Shown here: piece by piece, positions 7,487 to 16,812 of the stretch | How positions within the stretch are numbered: the stretch's first letter is position 1 | Layout of the letters: every line of letters starts with the position of its first letter | Origin: a virus | Lineage: Duplodnaviria > Caudoviricetes | Direction: 5' to 3' (one strand) | DNA: 42,891 nucleotides | Virus record (IMG/VR): IMGVR_UViG_3300020120_000058 | Coordinates: 1-42,891 of that record | Position numbers and translations under genes: made by a program | Notes under the pieces: generated by a model | Database searches by the model: none | What the model was told of the DNA's origin: nothing | Seen by the model: only the letters and a program-made list of their open reading frames with translations

Positions 7487-8815
7487 CTAACCAGTGGCTG
7501 CATTGGCCTCACTGGTGACGTTGGTAGCGATCCAGGACGAGACGCCCCGGAAGCCGATCGCCAGCTGCTCATGGTTGGCGTGGCCGTACGTCGAGTCGAT
7601 CAGCTGGGTGGAGGCGTGGTCCACCAGCTTGGACACCTCCCAATTGCTCAGGCCGCTGGCCAGGGCGATCGAGACGAAATCGTGGCGCATGCGGTGCGGC
7701 GTGTACTCGGCCAGGCCGGCGCGGGCGACGATCGCCTTGAACCGCTTGTAGATCTCCTGAGGGTCCTGCGGTTTGCCGTACCACGTCGGGAACAGGTAAG
7801 CCTCCTCCGAGCGCGGATCCGGGCCGACCCAGGTCTTGCGGCTCAGCATGAACTTCTGGAGCACCCGCTCGCGTTGCAGCTTGAGCAGCGGCGCCCAGTA
7901 CGTCATGTCCACGGGCTTCTCGGACACGTACGACTCCTTCTTGCCCTTCATGCCCCGCCGCGTGATCACACCGTAGCCGGTCACGCGGTTCGTTCGACGC
8001 TGGACGTCCAGGACGCCGTCGGCGCCGAAGTCGGAAAAGCGCAGCGAGGCGATGTTGGCGATGCGCAGGCCCACCTGCATGCCGACATGGACGATCAACT
8101 CGTACTCGTCGCCGCGCGCCGCGTCCAGGATGGCCTGGATGTTCTTGGCCTCGGGCGCCGGCTTCTTCTTGGCCTCGGGCTTCGGCAGCCGCTTCAGCTT
8201 GCCCTTGACCGGGTTGTAGCGCAGGGTGGTCGCCTGCGGGCGGTTGTCCAGGACGTAGTTGATCAGCGTCCGCAGCTGGACGAGAAGCTCCCAGCGCAGG
8301 GTGTAGGGCACGTTCTTCTTGCCCAGGGCGTCCCAGAATGCGTCGACCACGTCGCTGTCCAGGTCATCGAAGCGCAGCTTGCCCAGCAGCGGGACGAGGT
8401 GCTTGGTGGCGCGGTACTGGTACTTGGCGTAGGTGGTCGGCGACAGGCCGCCCTGCAGCACCAGCACGTCACCCTCGCCCTGGACGAGGTCGGGCTTCAC
8501 CCAGTTGTCTAGCCAGTACTCGATGTGCTCGGCGACCGTGACGGTGCGCACCACGTCGAGGCCCAGCTGGGTCTTCTGGGGCTTGCCCAGGACGACCTCG
8601 CCGCGCGCCAGTCGCTCCTCGTAGGCCTTGCGCTTGGCCAGGGCTTCCTTCTGGGTCTTGCCCCTGAAGGTCTTCGGCCGCTGGCCGGGGATCGGAAGTG
8701 CGGCGACGTAGCCGACGATCTTGCCGTCGCGTCGCTCGGGGAAACAGCCGCCCGTACCTTTGGCGGCGCGCTTTGCGGTCGATCTCGCGCCCTCGGCGCT
8801 ATCCTGTGCTGGCAT
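7487..8815 (-). CDS. int: Tyrosine integrase (~442 aa)
   Basis: N-terminal KTFRGKTQKEA arm-binding motif; catalytic GLR, HRMRH, DH and TYGH motifs. Start chosen at ATG 8815 after AAAGGA; the ORF is open to 8908. Confidence 0.9.
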   Translation of the reverse strand: MPAQDSAEGARSTAKRAAKGTGGCFPERRDGKIVGYVAALPIPGQRPKTFRGKTQKEALAKRKAYEERLARGEVVLGKPQKTQLGLDVVRTVTVAEHIEYWLDNWVKPDLVQGEGDVLVLQGGLSPTTYAKYQYRATKHLVPLLGKLRFDDLDSDVVDAFWDALGKKNVPYTLRWELLVQLRTLINYVLDNRPQATTLRYNPVKGKLKRLPKPEAKKKPAPEAKNIQAILDAARGDEYELIVHVGMQVGLRIANIASLRFSDFGADGVLDVQRRTNRVTGYGVITRRGMKGKKESYVSEKPVDMTYWAPLLKLQRERVLQKFMLSRKTWVGPDPRSEEAYLFPTWYGKPQDPQEIYKRFKAIVARAGLAEYTPHRMRHDFVSIALASGLSNWEVSKLVDHASTQLIDSTYGHANHEQLAIGFRGVSSWIATNVTSEANAATG

Positions 8816-8968
8816 CTGAAAGCCCAATCCTTTCGGGTGTCCGGCCGCTGCGAGTTCCCGCTCGCGGCGGCCATCTTTGTGTCTGTCGCGGCCACCACAG
8901 CCGCGCATAACGAGACACTGTAACGCCCAGTAAGCACGTTGCCAAGTAAAGAGAGAAAAAGGATTCGG

Positions 8969-9466
8969 CTATGCGTCGATGTGGTCAAGCTTACTGAGCA
9001 GCACCGCGAGGTGGTCCAGGACGGCCTCGGCGACGATTGCAGCGGCCCCCCAGGAGGCCGGCGGCGTCTCAGAAAGCATGTAACGCAGGCGCCGCTGGAG
9101 CCGATTTATATCGCGCTCCTGTGGTGTATCTGGCTTCTCATCCACAGTCGGTAAGAACCCCGCACGCCGGAACACCTCGACCACGTCCAGGTCGAAGTAG
9201 TCTGCCATCCGAACCAGCGTCGAAGGCATTGGCACTACTCGCCTGGCCTCGTCATCGGCGACCCAGCGGGACGCCACCCCAAACCGCACCCCGAAGGCTT
9301 CTGCCAGCTGCGTCACACCCATGTCGCGCAGCTTCATCTCTTCCTGTAGCAGTTGGTGCAGTGTTGGTATCCCTACTCTTCGCTTACCCAGTGACTGCAA
9401 TGCAACCAAGGCTAACAGGGGCCGCCTTCGTGATGCGCAGGTGCTGGTCATAAGGACTTCGCTCAA
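8969..9466 (-). CDS. XRE-family immunity repressor (start uncertain, probably shorter)
   Basis: MGVTQLAEAFGVRFGVASRWV...P.PSTLVRMADYF HTH; upstream of int and divergent from the lytic genes. Confidence 0.75.
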   Translation of the reverse strand: MSEVLMTSTCASRRRPLLALVALQSLGKRRVGIPTLHQLLQEEMKLRDMGVTQLAEAFGVRFGVASRWVADDEARRVVPMPSTLVRMADYFDLDVVEVFRRAGFLPTVDEKPDTPQERDINRLQRRLRYMLSETPPASWGAAAIVAEAVLDHLAVLLSKLDHIDA

Positions 9467-9914
9467 TATCTGTCAGGTTGTGTGCATTTCTGGTCCCCTC
9501 TTGCCATGCCGTGTCAATCCAGGTGTAGTCTGATCATTCCTAAACCCAGCATATCCCGTTAACGCTCAGGGAAGGCTAAATCGCTAGCCCTGACAATAGT
9601 GCGGCAAGAGCCGGTGACCGCCTGGGGGGTTGGCACACCGGCAAGACCCTGGACCTCGAAAGGCAGCTGCCCCGATGTCAGCGGACGAACACGCCCCCGA
9701 AACCACGCCCCTCGGCGACGTTACCGGCACCGATGTCACAAATGAAAGATGGTGGAAATCGCGGTTAGTCAGTGTTGTCTGGACCAGCGAGGACGAGGTG
9801 GGGTTAGGCCCGCCCAGACACGACCCGCTTCCCGCGTTTGAACCGCCGCTAGCACCCGAGCAAACTCGCCCAGGTCGGCCGACACGAAGCAAAAACCGAT
9901 CTGGAGGTAAGCGA

Positions 9915-10202
9915 GTGAATGCGATGCCCGCGATGAAGGAAGAGGACGACCCAGGCGAGATCGTCAAGCTGCCGTATCTGACGCGCAAACAGGCAGCTGC
10001 CCTGGTTCACGTCTCGACGTGGACGATCGACGCCTGGGCGCGCGAGCCGGACTTCCCGATGTGGCGTCTGAGCGCTCGGACGCGGGTGATCCCGCGCGAG
10101 GAGTTCGTTGCCTGGCTCAAGGAGTATTCGGCCCGCCTGGCCAACCCGCTGACGCCGAAGCCCGAGCCGCCCGCGTCGAGGTCGATGCGAGGCCGTCGAT
10201 GA
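9915..10202 (+). CDS. Excisionase/Cro-like HTH_17 DNA-binding protein
   Basis: YLTRKQAAALVHVSTWTIDAW...RVIPREEFVAWL; GGAGGT RBS before GTG 9915. Confidence 0.8.
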   Translation: MNAMPAMKEEDDPGEIVKLPYLTRKQAAALVHVSTWTIDAWAREPDFPMWRLSARTRVIPREEFVAWLKEYSARLANPLTPKPEPPASRSMRGRR

Positions 10203-10501
10203 CCAGCCTGGACCGCATCGTCTCGCTGCTGGAGTCGCTGAACGACAACCTGGCCACGCGAGGCGAGCAGTGCTCCTCGGTGGTCTTCGAGGACCTGGCC
10301 AGCAAGGCCGAGCCGAAGGTAACCACCAAGACGTACGCCGGCCAGCCGCTGAGCAACGCCGAGATCACCCAGGCCGCCCTGGCCCACGCCTACGCCAAGC
10401 GGACCATCAACCAGCTGGCGGCCGATGGCTGGGAAGAGTCCCTAGACAAAGCGCTGGAAAAGACGCTGGAGTACGTCGAGGCGCATGGCCCGCTGCCGTG
10501 A
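10199..10501 (+). CDS. Hypothetical protein (100 aa)
   Basis: ATGA overlap; GC3 bias. Confidence 0.65.
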   Translation: MTSLDRIVSLLESLNDNLATRGEQCSSVVFEDLASKAEPKVTTKTYAGQPLSNAEITQAALAHAYAKRTINQLAADGWEESLDKALEKTLEYVEAHGPLP

Positions 10502-10695
10502 ACCTGGTCCGCGACGAGACGCTCGGCGTGTACACCCACGTCCTGCCGTGTCGATCCTGCGGCCAGCCGTGCTACTTCAGCCTGAATACGCAAGGCAAGC
10601 GGGCCATCTTCGAGGTGGACGACAAGGGGTTCACGACCCGAATCAACCACTTCACGAAGTGTCCCGAGGCCAAGCTCTGGAGGAGGAAACGGTGA
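10498..10695 (+). CDS. Small Zn-binding protein (65 aa)
   Basis: CRSCG...NHFTKC; GTGA overlap. Confidence 0.65.
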   Translation: MNLVRDETLGVYTHVLPCRSCGQPCYFSLNTQGKRAIFEVDDKGFTTRINHFTKCPEAKLWRRKR

Positions 10696-10907
10696 GAGCA
10701 CTCACCCAACGCCAGTCCGTGGCGTGCGAGACGGCGGTCACCACCCGCTGCACCTGCCGCTGCGGCGGCGCCTTCCATGGCGCCAACCGCCAGGCCGCCG
10801 ACGTGGCCCTGGAGTACATCGTCCAGTTGCCCGAGGAAGACCCGCACTACGTCAGCAACAAGAACGTCCAGCTGCGGCTGCCTGCACCCGTCGGGAGGGC
10901 GGCGTAG
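10692..10907 (+). CDS. Small Cys-rich protein (71 aa)
   Basis: C..A...CTCRCGGAFHG; GGAGG RBS. Confidence 0.65.
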   Translation: MRALTQRQSVACETAVTTRCTCRCGGAFHGANRQAADVALEYIVQLPEEDPHYVSNKNVQLRLPAPVGRAA

Positions 10908-11293
10908 TGGCCGCCCTGGTCGGCCTGGCTTTGCTGAGCCAGGTCATCTGCCTCACTCCGGACGTCTGCGCCGAGGCCACCGTCGAGGCCGAGCCCGAGG
11001 TCGCCGACGTCGCCGAGGCGACGCCGCTGCCCGAGTGTGATCTGCCCGTGTGTGGGCCGCTCGGCCAGCGTCTGTACTGCATTGAAGGATTCGAGTCTCA
11101 CCACTACGGCGGCGCCGTGAACCCGTCGAGTGGCGCGCGGGGGTGGCTGCAATGGCTTCCAGGAACGGCACGCCAGTGGGGCGTGCGTATCGGCGACAGG
11201 CAATCCGAATGGCTGGCGGCGGCCCAGATCGCCGCTCTGGGGAATCGCTTCTTTACTTCCCAGTGGGTGCCGCTGCAGAGAGGCCTCTGCTAG
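10907..11293 (+). CDS. Exported lysozyme-like (SLT/Rpf-like) transglycosylase (128 aa)
   Basis: Hydrophobic N-terminus; CIEGFES...AVNPSSGARGWLQWLPGTA transglycosylase motifs. Confidence 0.7.
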   Translation: MAALVGLALLSQVICLTPDVCAEATVEAEPEVADVAEATPLPECDLPVCGPLGQRLYCIEGFESHHYGGAVNPSSGARGWLQWLPGTARQWGVRIGDRQSEWLAAAQIAALGNRFFTSQWVPLQRGLC

Positions 11294-11406
11294 GCGTCTA
11301 CCTGGATGAGCACTTCGAGAGACGGGGCCCGCGCGTGGGCCTGACGCTGGTCCTGTTCGCGTGTCTGATCGCCCTGGTGATTGTCGTGGCGTGGGTGAAC
11401 CGATGA
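11263..11406 (+). CDS. Small membrane protein (start uncertain)
   Basis: C-terminal VGLTLVLFACLIALVIVVAWV segment; stop overlaps the recT-like start. Confidence 0.4.
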   Translation: MGAAAERPLLGVYLDEHFERRGPRVGLTLVLFACLIALVIVVAWVNR

Positions 11407-12425
11407 GCGAGCGGGGCCTGGCCGTACGCAACGAGATCGACATCGAGACGCTCGGCGGCATCTTCGTGGCGTCGGGCTTCTTCGCCGACACGCGCAGCAA
11501 GGCCCAGGCCATCGTCAAGATCATCGCCGGTGACGAGATGGGCTTCGGCCCCATGGCCAGCATGCGCGGCGTCCACATCATCGAAGGCAAGCCGACGATC
11601 GCCGCCGACCTGATCGCGGCGGCGATCCAGCGCTCGAAGCGCTACGCCTATCGGGTCGTCCAGCTGGACAACAACGGCTGCACGGTCGACTTCTTCGAGA
11701 GGGTCGACGGCAAGCTGGAGAAGGTCGGTACGTCCACCTTCACCCAGGACGACGCCAAGGCGGCCGGGCTGCTCTCCCGCAAGGGCGACATGTACTCGAA
11801 GTTCCCGAGGAACATGTACTTCAGTCGAGCGCTCAGCAACGGCGCCCGTTGGTACTGCCCCGAGATCTTCAGTGGCGCGATCTACACCCCGGACGAACTC
11901 GGCGCCGCCGTGGACGGCCAGGGCCAGGTCATCGACATCCAGCTGGAGCCAGACGGCGACCCGCCGACGGTCGTCCCGACGGACATCCGCGAGGTGGACG
12001 ACGCCGACCTGGTGCGCAGCGCTGACGATCGCCTGTGGCAGCGCTGGATGGCCCTGGTCGCCGACGCCAACCGCTGGCGCGTCAAGGTGCCCAACGTCAA
12101 GCTGGGCGTCCCGCGCCAGGAGTTGATCCAGTACGGCGTGGAACTCAAGCAGCTAATTGATGAGCGGCAGGCTCTCCTGGCCGAACAGGACGCCGAACGA
12201 GCAGCTGCTCAACAGGCCCCTGGGGCGCCGACAGCTGGGCAACCAGCTGGAGCGGAAGCGGCGCCCCAGGACACCCCCTGGGAACGCAACCAGGTGCTCC
12301 ACCTGCAGACGTACCGCAAGGGGCTGAAGCTGCGCGAGCTTCCGGTGTCGGCCACGCCCGAAGAGATCGAGGCCCAGAACCGGCTGATGGAGGATTGGCT
12401 GGTGTCAGGACCTCAGGCGACGTGA
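11403..12425 (+). CDS. RecT/Bet-like single-strand annealing protein
   Basis: VKIIAGDEMGFGPMASMRGVHIIEGKP...AKAAGL...FPRNM..SRA...YTPDEL pattern. Confidence 0.8.
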   Translation: MSERGLAVRNEIDIETLGGIFVASGFFADTRSKAQAIVKIIAGDEMGFGPMASMRGVHIIEGKPTIAADLIAAAIQRSKRYAYRVVQLDNNGCTVDFFERVDGKLEKVGTSTFTQDDAKAAGLLSRKGDMYSKFPRNMYFSRALSNGARWYCPEIFSGAIYTPDELGAAVDGQGQVIDIQLEPDGDPPTVVPTDIREVDDADLVRSADDRLWQRWMALVADANRWRVKVPNVKLGVPRQELIQYGVELKQLIDERQALLAEQDAERAAAQQAPGAPTAGQPAGAEAAPQDTPWERNQVLHLQTYRKGLKLRELPVSATPEEIEAQNRLMEDWLVSGPQAT

Positions 12426-12426
12426 C

Positions 12427-12621
12427 ATGGTCACCACGTCCAAGGCAGCCTCTGGCAAGACGTTCACCGAGTATTGCCCGTTGCACGAATACGACCGCAC
12501 CGAGTGCGACGAGTTTTGCCTGCCGCGCCGCAAGGAACTCTGGCTCATCGACGCCCAGCTGCGGATGCACTGGGCGCGACTCGGCATCAGCTTCAAGGAT
12601 CGAGGCAGACAAACCCGGTGA
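12427..12621 (+). CDS. Hypothetical protein (64 aa)
   Basis: CPLH...CDEFC motif; operon packing. Confidence 0.55.
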   Translation: MVTTSKAASGKTFTEYCPLHEYDRTECDEFCLPRRKELWLIDAQLRMHWARLGISFKDRGRQTR

Positions 12622-12932
12622 GCGGTCCTGGTCGGCAGCTGCTGCTGGCCCACGTCACCGAGCGAGCGTGGCGCCAGCAGGTGTTCAGCTGGGCCAAGGC
12701 CCGAGGCTGGCTGGTGTATTTCACCTGGTCCAGCGTCCACTCGGTGGCGGGCTTCCCCGACCTGGTCCTGGTACGCGGCGACCGCTGCATCTTCGCTGAA
12801 CTCAAGACCGAACGCGGCAAGCTGACCGACGCCCAGGCCTACTGGATCGAGCGTCTGCGCGGCTGCCCACAACTGGAGGTTTACGTCTGGCGCCCCAGTG
12901 ACGAAGAGGAGGTCCTGGCGCGCCTGCTTTGA
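12618..12932 (+). CDS. VRR-NUC (PD-(D/E)xK) nuclease / resolvase
   Basis: GFPDLVLV...FAELKTERGKLTDAQ..W. Confidence 0.85.
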   Translation: MSGPGRQLLLAHVTERAWRQQVFSWAKARGWLVYFTWSSVHSVAGFPDLVLVRGDRCIFAELKTERGKLTDAQAYWIERLRGCPQLEVYVWRPSDEEEVLARLL

Positions 12933-12954
12933 AACGCGGAGGAGGGTCCGCTTC

Positions 12955-13923
12955 GTGAAAGATCCACGTATTGAAAACTGGCTGACCACCGAGGGAGTCA
13001 AGTGGGACTACCTGGATGGGGTCGCCCTGAGTGAGATCGATGTCGAGGCCAGCAAGCGCAACCAGGCGCGGGTCAACGCCCCGATCATCGAAGACCTGGT
13101 CGAACGCTACGCCCTGGCGTACATCGACGGCAGCGAGTTCCCGGCCCTGATCGCCTGGCGCGCCGACTCTGGCCGCCTGGTGCTGCTGGATGGCAACCAG
13201 CGGCTGGCGGCGGCGATCGACCTCGATCAGAAGGCGATCGACGTGTACGTGTGCAGCGAGCTAACCGAAGAGAAGCGCTTCGCCATCTGCTGGACGGCCA
13301 ACAGCCTGAACGGCGACCCAGGCTCACCTCTGGATCGCATGCTCCAGGCCAAGCAGTACCACCTGCGCTACCCGGGGCTGCCCAAGAACGAGGTCGCCCG
13401 CCGCTTCCGGATCAAGTCCGAGAAGTTCGAGCGCGAGCTACGCTCGGACGAGGTCGGCGCGCGGCTGAACCAGTTCGGCCTGGACCCGGAGGCGATCAGC
13501 CTGACCAACAAGGACCGCCTGCATGCGTACATCGCCAGCGACGTGCAGTTCCGCGAGGCGGCCAAGCTGATCCAGGAAGCTGGCCTGAAGGGCGGCCTGG
13601 CGGCCGAGTTCTGGGCCGACATCCGCCGCGCTCGCACCGAGAAGGATGCCCTGGCCGTCATCGACGCCTGGCGCGAGCGGCCCGAGGTCGCCGACCTGAT
13701 CCGCCAGAAGCGGTTCAACCGTCCGCACATCCCGAAGTCGCGCATGCAGCACCTGCTGGACCGCTTCAGCGGCATCCATCGCTTCCTGGAGCGCTACCCG
13801 GACCTGGTCGCCCTGGAGGTGGCCGGCCATGACGAGGTGATGCAGCTGGCCAACCAGTACAAGGCCCTGGCGCCGCTGATCAACACCCTGGTACGCCAGT
13901 CCAACTCGGTGCGCGCGGCATGA
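12955..13923 (+). CDS. ParB/Srx N-terminal-domain protein (322 aa)
   Basis: NQAR...VERYA...FPALI...LLDGNQRLAAA; GGAGG RBS before GTG 12955. Confidence 0.75.
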   Translation: MKDPRIENWLTTEGVKWDYLDGVALSEIDVEASKRNQARVNAPIIEDLVERYALAYIDGSEFPALIAWRADSGRLVLLDGNQRLAAAIDLDQKAIDVYVCSELTEEKRFAICWTANSLNGDPGSPLDRMLQAKQYHLRYPGLPKNEVARRFRIKSEKFERELRSDEVGARLNQFGLDPEAISLTNKDRLHAYIASDVQFREAAKLIQEAGLKGGLAAEFWADIRRARTEKDALAVIDAWRERPEVADLIRQKRFNRPHIPKSRMQHLLDRFSGIHRFLERYPDLVALEVAGHDEVMQLANQYKALAPLINTLVRQSNSVRAA

Positions 13924-14303
13924 GCGGTGGTATAGCTGTCGGCACCCTGGTCCCAAAGAAGTGGACGCCGCTGCGGCGCGAGACGGAGCGCCTGCTGGCC
14001 GACGGCGCCTGGCACGAAGACCAGGTGCTGTTCTGCCAGCTGGCCCGCTTTGTCGACCCGCGCATGGCGGCGCGCAACTGGATCTTCGAGTACGAGCGCA
14101 ACGGCAAGCGTCACCACAAGAGCGACCAGCGTGAGCGGCTGCCCGCCTCGGAGGCCTGGCGACGGGGCCAGCCCTGGGCGATGCGGGTCGGCGTGCGCGG
14201 CGCCTACGTCAACCGCATGCACTCGCTGGTCAAGAGCGGACGGCTCGAAATGGAGGTGTGGAACGGTCGGCGGCGCTACCGCATCAAGCCGGCCCAGACA
14301 TGA
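13920..14303 (+). CDS. Hypothetical protein (127 aa), possibly winged-helix
   Basis: ATGA overlap; basic C-terminus. Confidence 0.55.
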   Translation: MSGGIAVGTLVPKKWTPLRRETERLLADGAWHEDQVLFCQLARFVDPRMAARNWIFEYERNGKRHHKSDQRERLPASEAWRRGQPWAMRVGVRGAYVNRMHSLVKSGRLEMEVWNGRRRYRIKPAQT

Positions 14304-14515
14304 CCGAGCGCTGGCGCCAGCGGCGCCTCCACGTCGAGAACCGGCTAGCTGAGCTAGACGCGAAGTACGGGCCAGCTGGGGACGAGCCGCTCCCCGGCTG
14401 GCTGGACACCTTCGAGGGCTTCATCGCGGCGATCGAGCCCGCGCCGCCTCCGCCGGCGCCTACCCCGGAACCACCAGCTATCCCCGGAGCGGTGTGGAAT
14501 CGTGACTCAATCTGA
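14300..14515 (+). CDS. Hypothetical protein (71 aa)
   Basis: ATGA overlap; Pro-rich tail. Confidence 0.5.
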   Translation: MTERWRQRRLHVENRLAELDAKYGPAGDEPLPGWLDTFEGFIAAIEPAPPPPAPTPEPPAIPGAVWNRDSI

Positions 14516-15752
14516 CTATCAGCGGGAGGGCGGCGCCCTGGTCAAGCGCCGCCAGATCCCCGAGCTACACGTGACCCTGACCTTTTCGGCCACCGACGTG
14601 CGGCCCGCGCCGACGGGCGCGCACGCCACCGTGCGGATCATGGCCAACAAGACCGTGCTGGCGTTCAACACGATGAACGTCTGGCGCGACGAGGAGCGGG
14701 TGCGCCTGGCCAACAGCGCGCACCGCCAGCTGGTAGGAGGTGCTGACAAGAAGACGATCTACCCCAGCGAGTACATGAAGGCCGACCTGGATGCGTTCTG
14801 CTATGGCCTGCTCGACGCCCAGATGGAGGAGTACGAAGTGGAGTTCCTGGGCGGCACGCTGGTCCCGACGCCGCCCGACCTGGTCCTGGACCCGTACGTC
14901 ATCCGCGACGGTGGCTCGATCATCTTCGCCCCGCCCGGCCGAGGCAAGAGCTACGGGATGATGATCATGCAGGTGTGCATCGACGCCGGGCTCAACACGT
15001 TCTGGCGGGTCAAGCAGGCGCGCACGCTGTTCGTCAACCTGGAGCGCGCCAAGCGCTCGGTGCTCGATCGCCTGGGCAACGTCAACGCCGCCCTGGGCCT
15101 GGAGCGTGACCGCCAGTTGCCCATCCTGAACGCACGCGGACGGTCGCTCCTGGACATTTCCACCATGGTGGAACGGCACATCGCCAAGCATGGCGCCGAG
15201 GTGGTGTTTGTGGACTCGATCAGCCGCGCCGGCGGCGGCGACCTGAACGCCAACGAGGCCGCCAACCGCATCATCGACACGCTCAACCACATCGCCCCGA
15301 CTTGGGTCGGCCTGGCCCACACGCCCAGGGCCGACGAGTCGCACCTGTACGGCAGCGTCCACTTCGAGGCCGGCGCCGACGTGGTCGTCCAGCTGGCCAG
15401 CGAGCAGGAGGAGATGGGGCCGCTCGGCATCGGCCTCCAGGTGACCAAGGTCAACGATGGGCCGAAGGGGCCGATGTGGATCGGCGCCCTGGAGTTCGAC
15501 CAGTCCGGGCTGACCCTGGTGCGCCGCGCCAGGCCCGGCGAATTCCCTGACGTCGAGCAGATGCGCAAGATGAGCGGCAAGGAGATGCTCAGGCAGCACC
15601 TGATGGACGTCGGCGCCCTGGACGCGAACCAGGCAGCTGAGGATCTGGACATGGACCGCAGCCAGGTCGCGCACTACTTCAGTGACACCAGGGTGTTCGT
15701 CAAAGGCGGAAAAGTGGGCCGCCGACAGCTGTACGCGGTGCGTCAGGCGTAA
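14502..15752 (+). CDS. RecA-fold (AAA_25/RepA-like) replicative helicase
   Basis: Walker A APPGRGKS, LFVNLE, Walker B VVFVDS, and LAHT...YGS motif. Confidence 0.8.
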   Translation: MTQSDYQREGGALVKRRQIPELHVTLTFSATDVRPAPTGAHATVRIMANKTVLAFNTMNVWRDEERVRLANSAHRQLVGGADKKTIYPSEYMKADLDAFCYGLLDAQMEEYEVEFLGGTLVPTPPDLVLDPYVIRDGGSIIFAPPGRGKSYGMMIMQVCIDAGLNTFWRVKQARTLFVNLERAKRSVLDRLGNVNAALGLERDRQLPILNARGRSLLDISTMVERHIAKHGAEVVFVDSISRAGGGDLNANEAANRIIDTLNHIAPTWVGLAHTPRADESHLYGSVHFEAGADVVVQLASEQEEMGPLGIGLQVTKVNDGPKGPMWIGALEFDQSGLTLVRRARPGEFPDVEQMRKMSGKEMLRQHLMDVGALDANQAAEDLDMDRSQVAHYFSDTRVFVKGGKVGRRQLYAVRQA

Positions 15753-15857
15753 TGTGTGGTGCCTTAAGAGTAACCACACAACCACACATCAGTTTTGAGT
15801 TGGAAACGCAGGGATGTGTGGTAATCCCCACGTCCACCACACATCTACCACCACAGA
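15752..15857. repeat. Cluster of ACCACACA(TC) direct and inverted repeats; candidate replication origin
   Basis: Copies at 15752-15760 (rc), 15773-15780, 15781-15790, 15813-15822 (rc), 15836-15845 and a partial at 15850-15857, in a lower-GC gap after the helicase. Confidence 0.65.
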
Positions 15858-15872
15858 TTGAGGAGAGCAGCG

Positions 15873-16079
15873 GTGGAGACGTTGAACGAAGACGAGATCC
15901 AGGCAATTCTGCGGGCGGTCATGCGGAGTGGCCCGGCGACCGAAGACGAGTTGTGGCGTGTCGTCAGGTGGGCACACAAGGTGCGGGTAAACCACATCAT
16001 CCTGGAGATGATCCTGGAGGGCGGCGCGTTCCCACGTTGGCCCGATGGGGCCAGGGACCTGCAAGTCCACGCCGCGTGA
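15873..16079 (+). CDS. Hypothetical protein (68 aa)
   Basis: GAGGAG RBS before GTG 15873. Confidence 0.55.
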   Translation: METLNEDEIQAILRAVMRSGPATEDELWRVVRWAHKVRVNHIILEMILEGGAFPRWPDGARDLQVHAA

Positions 16080-16414
16080 TCAACGCCGACGACGAGTACG
16101 CGCCGGAGTACATCGAGCAATACCTGCACTTCTGGGACGAGCTGCACGCGGCAGCCGAGGGCGGCACCGGCAGCCTCACCGGGCGGGTCAAGTCCAAACG
16201 CGATCGTCTCAGCCTGGCGTGCCTGGTGGCCGACCTGGAGGCGGCTGCCGACGTACTGCCGCGCCAGTGGGCGTCCACAGGCACCGTGTTCCGCCTGCAG
16301 CGGCGCTACCGCGAATGGCTGGTCCTGGTGGACGGTCCGGTGGATCGTGGGCACAGCGACCTGTGGGAGGCCATTGTCGCCATGTCCAGGTCGCTGGGCT
16401 GGTCCGAGGACTAG
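16076..16414 (+). CDS. Hypothetical protein (112 aa), possible late regulator
   Basis: GTGA overlap; last gene of the rightward replication operon. Function is positional inference only. Confidence 0.55.
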   Translation: MINADDEYAPEYIEQYLHFWDELHAAAEGGTGSLTGRVKSKRDRLSLACLVADLEAAADVLPRQWASTGTVFRLQRRYREWLVLVDGPVDRGHSDLWEAIVAMSRSLGWSED

Positions 16415-16451
16415 AAAACCAAACGCCCCCGGGTGACTGACCCCGGGGGCG
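16415..16451 (-). terminator. Hairpin terminator between convergent operons
   Basis: 10-bp stem cgcccccggg / cccgggggcg; TTTGGTTTT follows on the minus strand. Confidence 0.75.
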
Positions 16452-16482
16452 CTGGTTGAAGCGGGTGCGATCCCGAGAAAGT

Positions 16483-16812
16483 CTAGCCTGGCAGGCGGTT
16501 GGCTCGGAAGGTGGCGTGCATGTGCTGGACGCCCTCGGCGATCCTGGAGCGCGGGAAGCCGGGGTGCTTGGCGCACATGGCATCCGTGGCCCGCCGCTCC
16601 AGGGTGTGCCACTTGCCGGCGGCGATCAGCTGATGGCACGTCTCGCAGCTGGCCCAGGCGCCGATCGAGTTGGCCACGTACGGGCCGCCGAACATGGGCA
16701 GGTTGCCTCGGTCCGTCTCGACGTCGGCGCACGGCTCATCGTGGCGCGGCTCGTCCGACGAGCAGAAGTCGCACACCGGCGACTCCGAGACGCGCATCTC
16801 GACCTCAGGCAT
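16483..16812 (-). CDS. Zn-finger-like hypothetical protein (109 aa)
   Basis: CDFC...WASCETC motifs. Confidence 0.65.
   Translation of the reverse strand: MPEVEMRVSESPVCDFCSSDEPRHDEPCADVETDRGNLPMFGGPYVANSIGAWASCETCHQLIAAGKWHTLERRATDAMCAKHPGFPRSRIAEGVQHMHATFRANRLPG

Noticed and set aside
8828-8839. 12-bp CACCCGAAAGGA shared with 18678-18689 upstream of two starts
   Set aside because: Half of it is the RBS itself, and 12-mer repeats are expected by chance in 43 kb of high-GC DNA.
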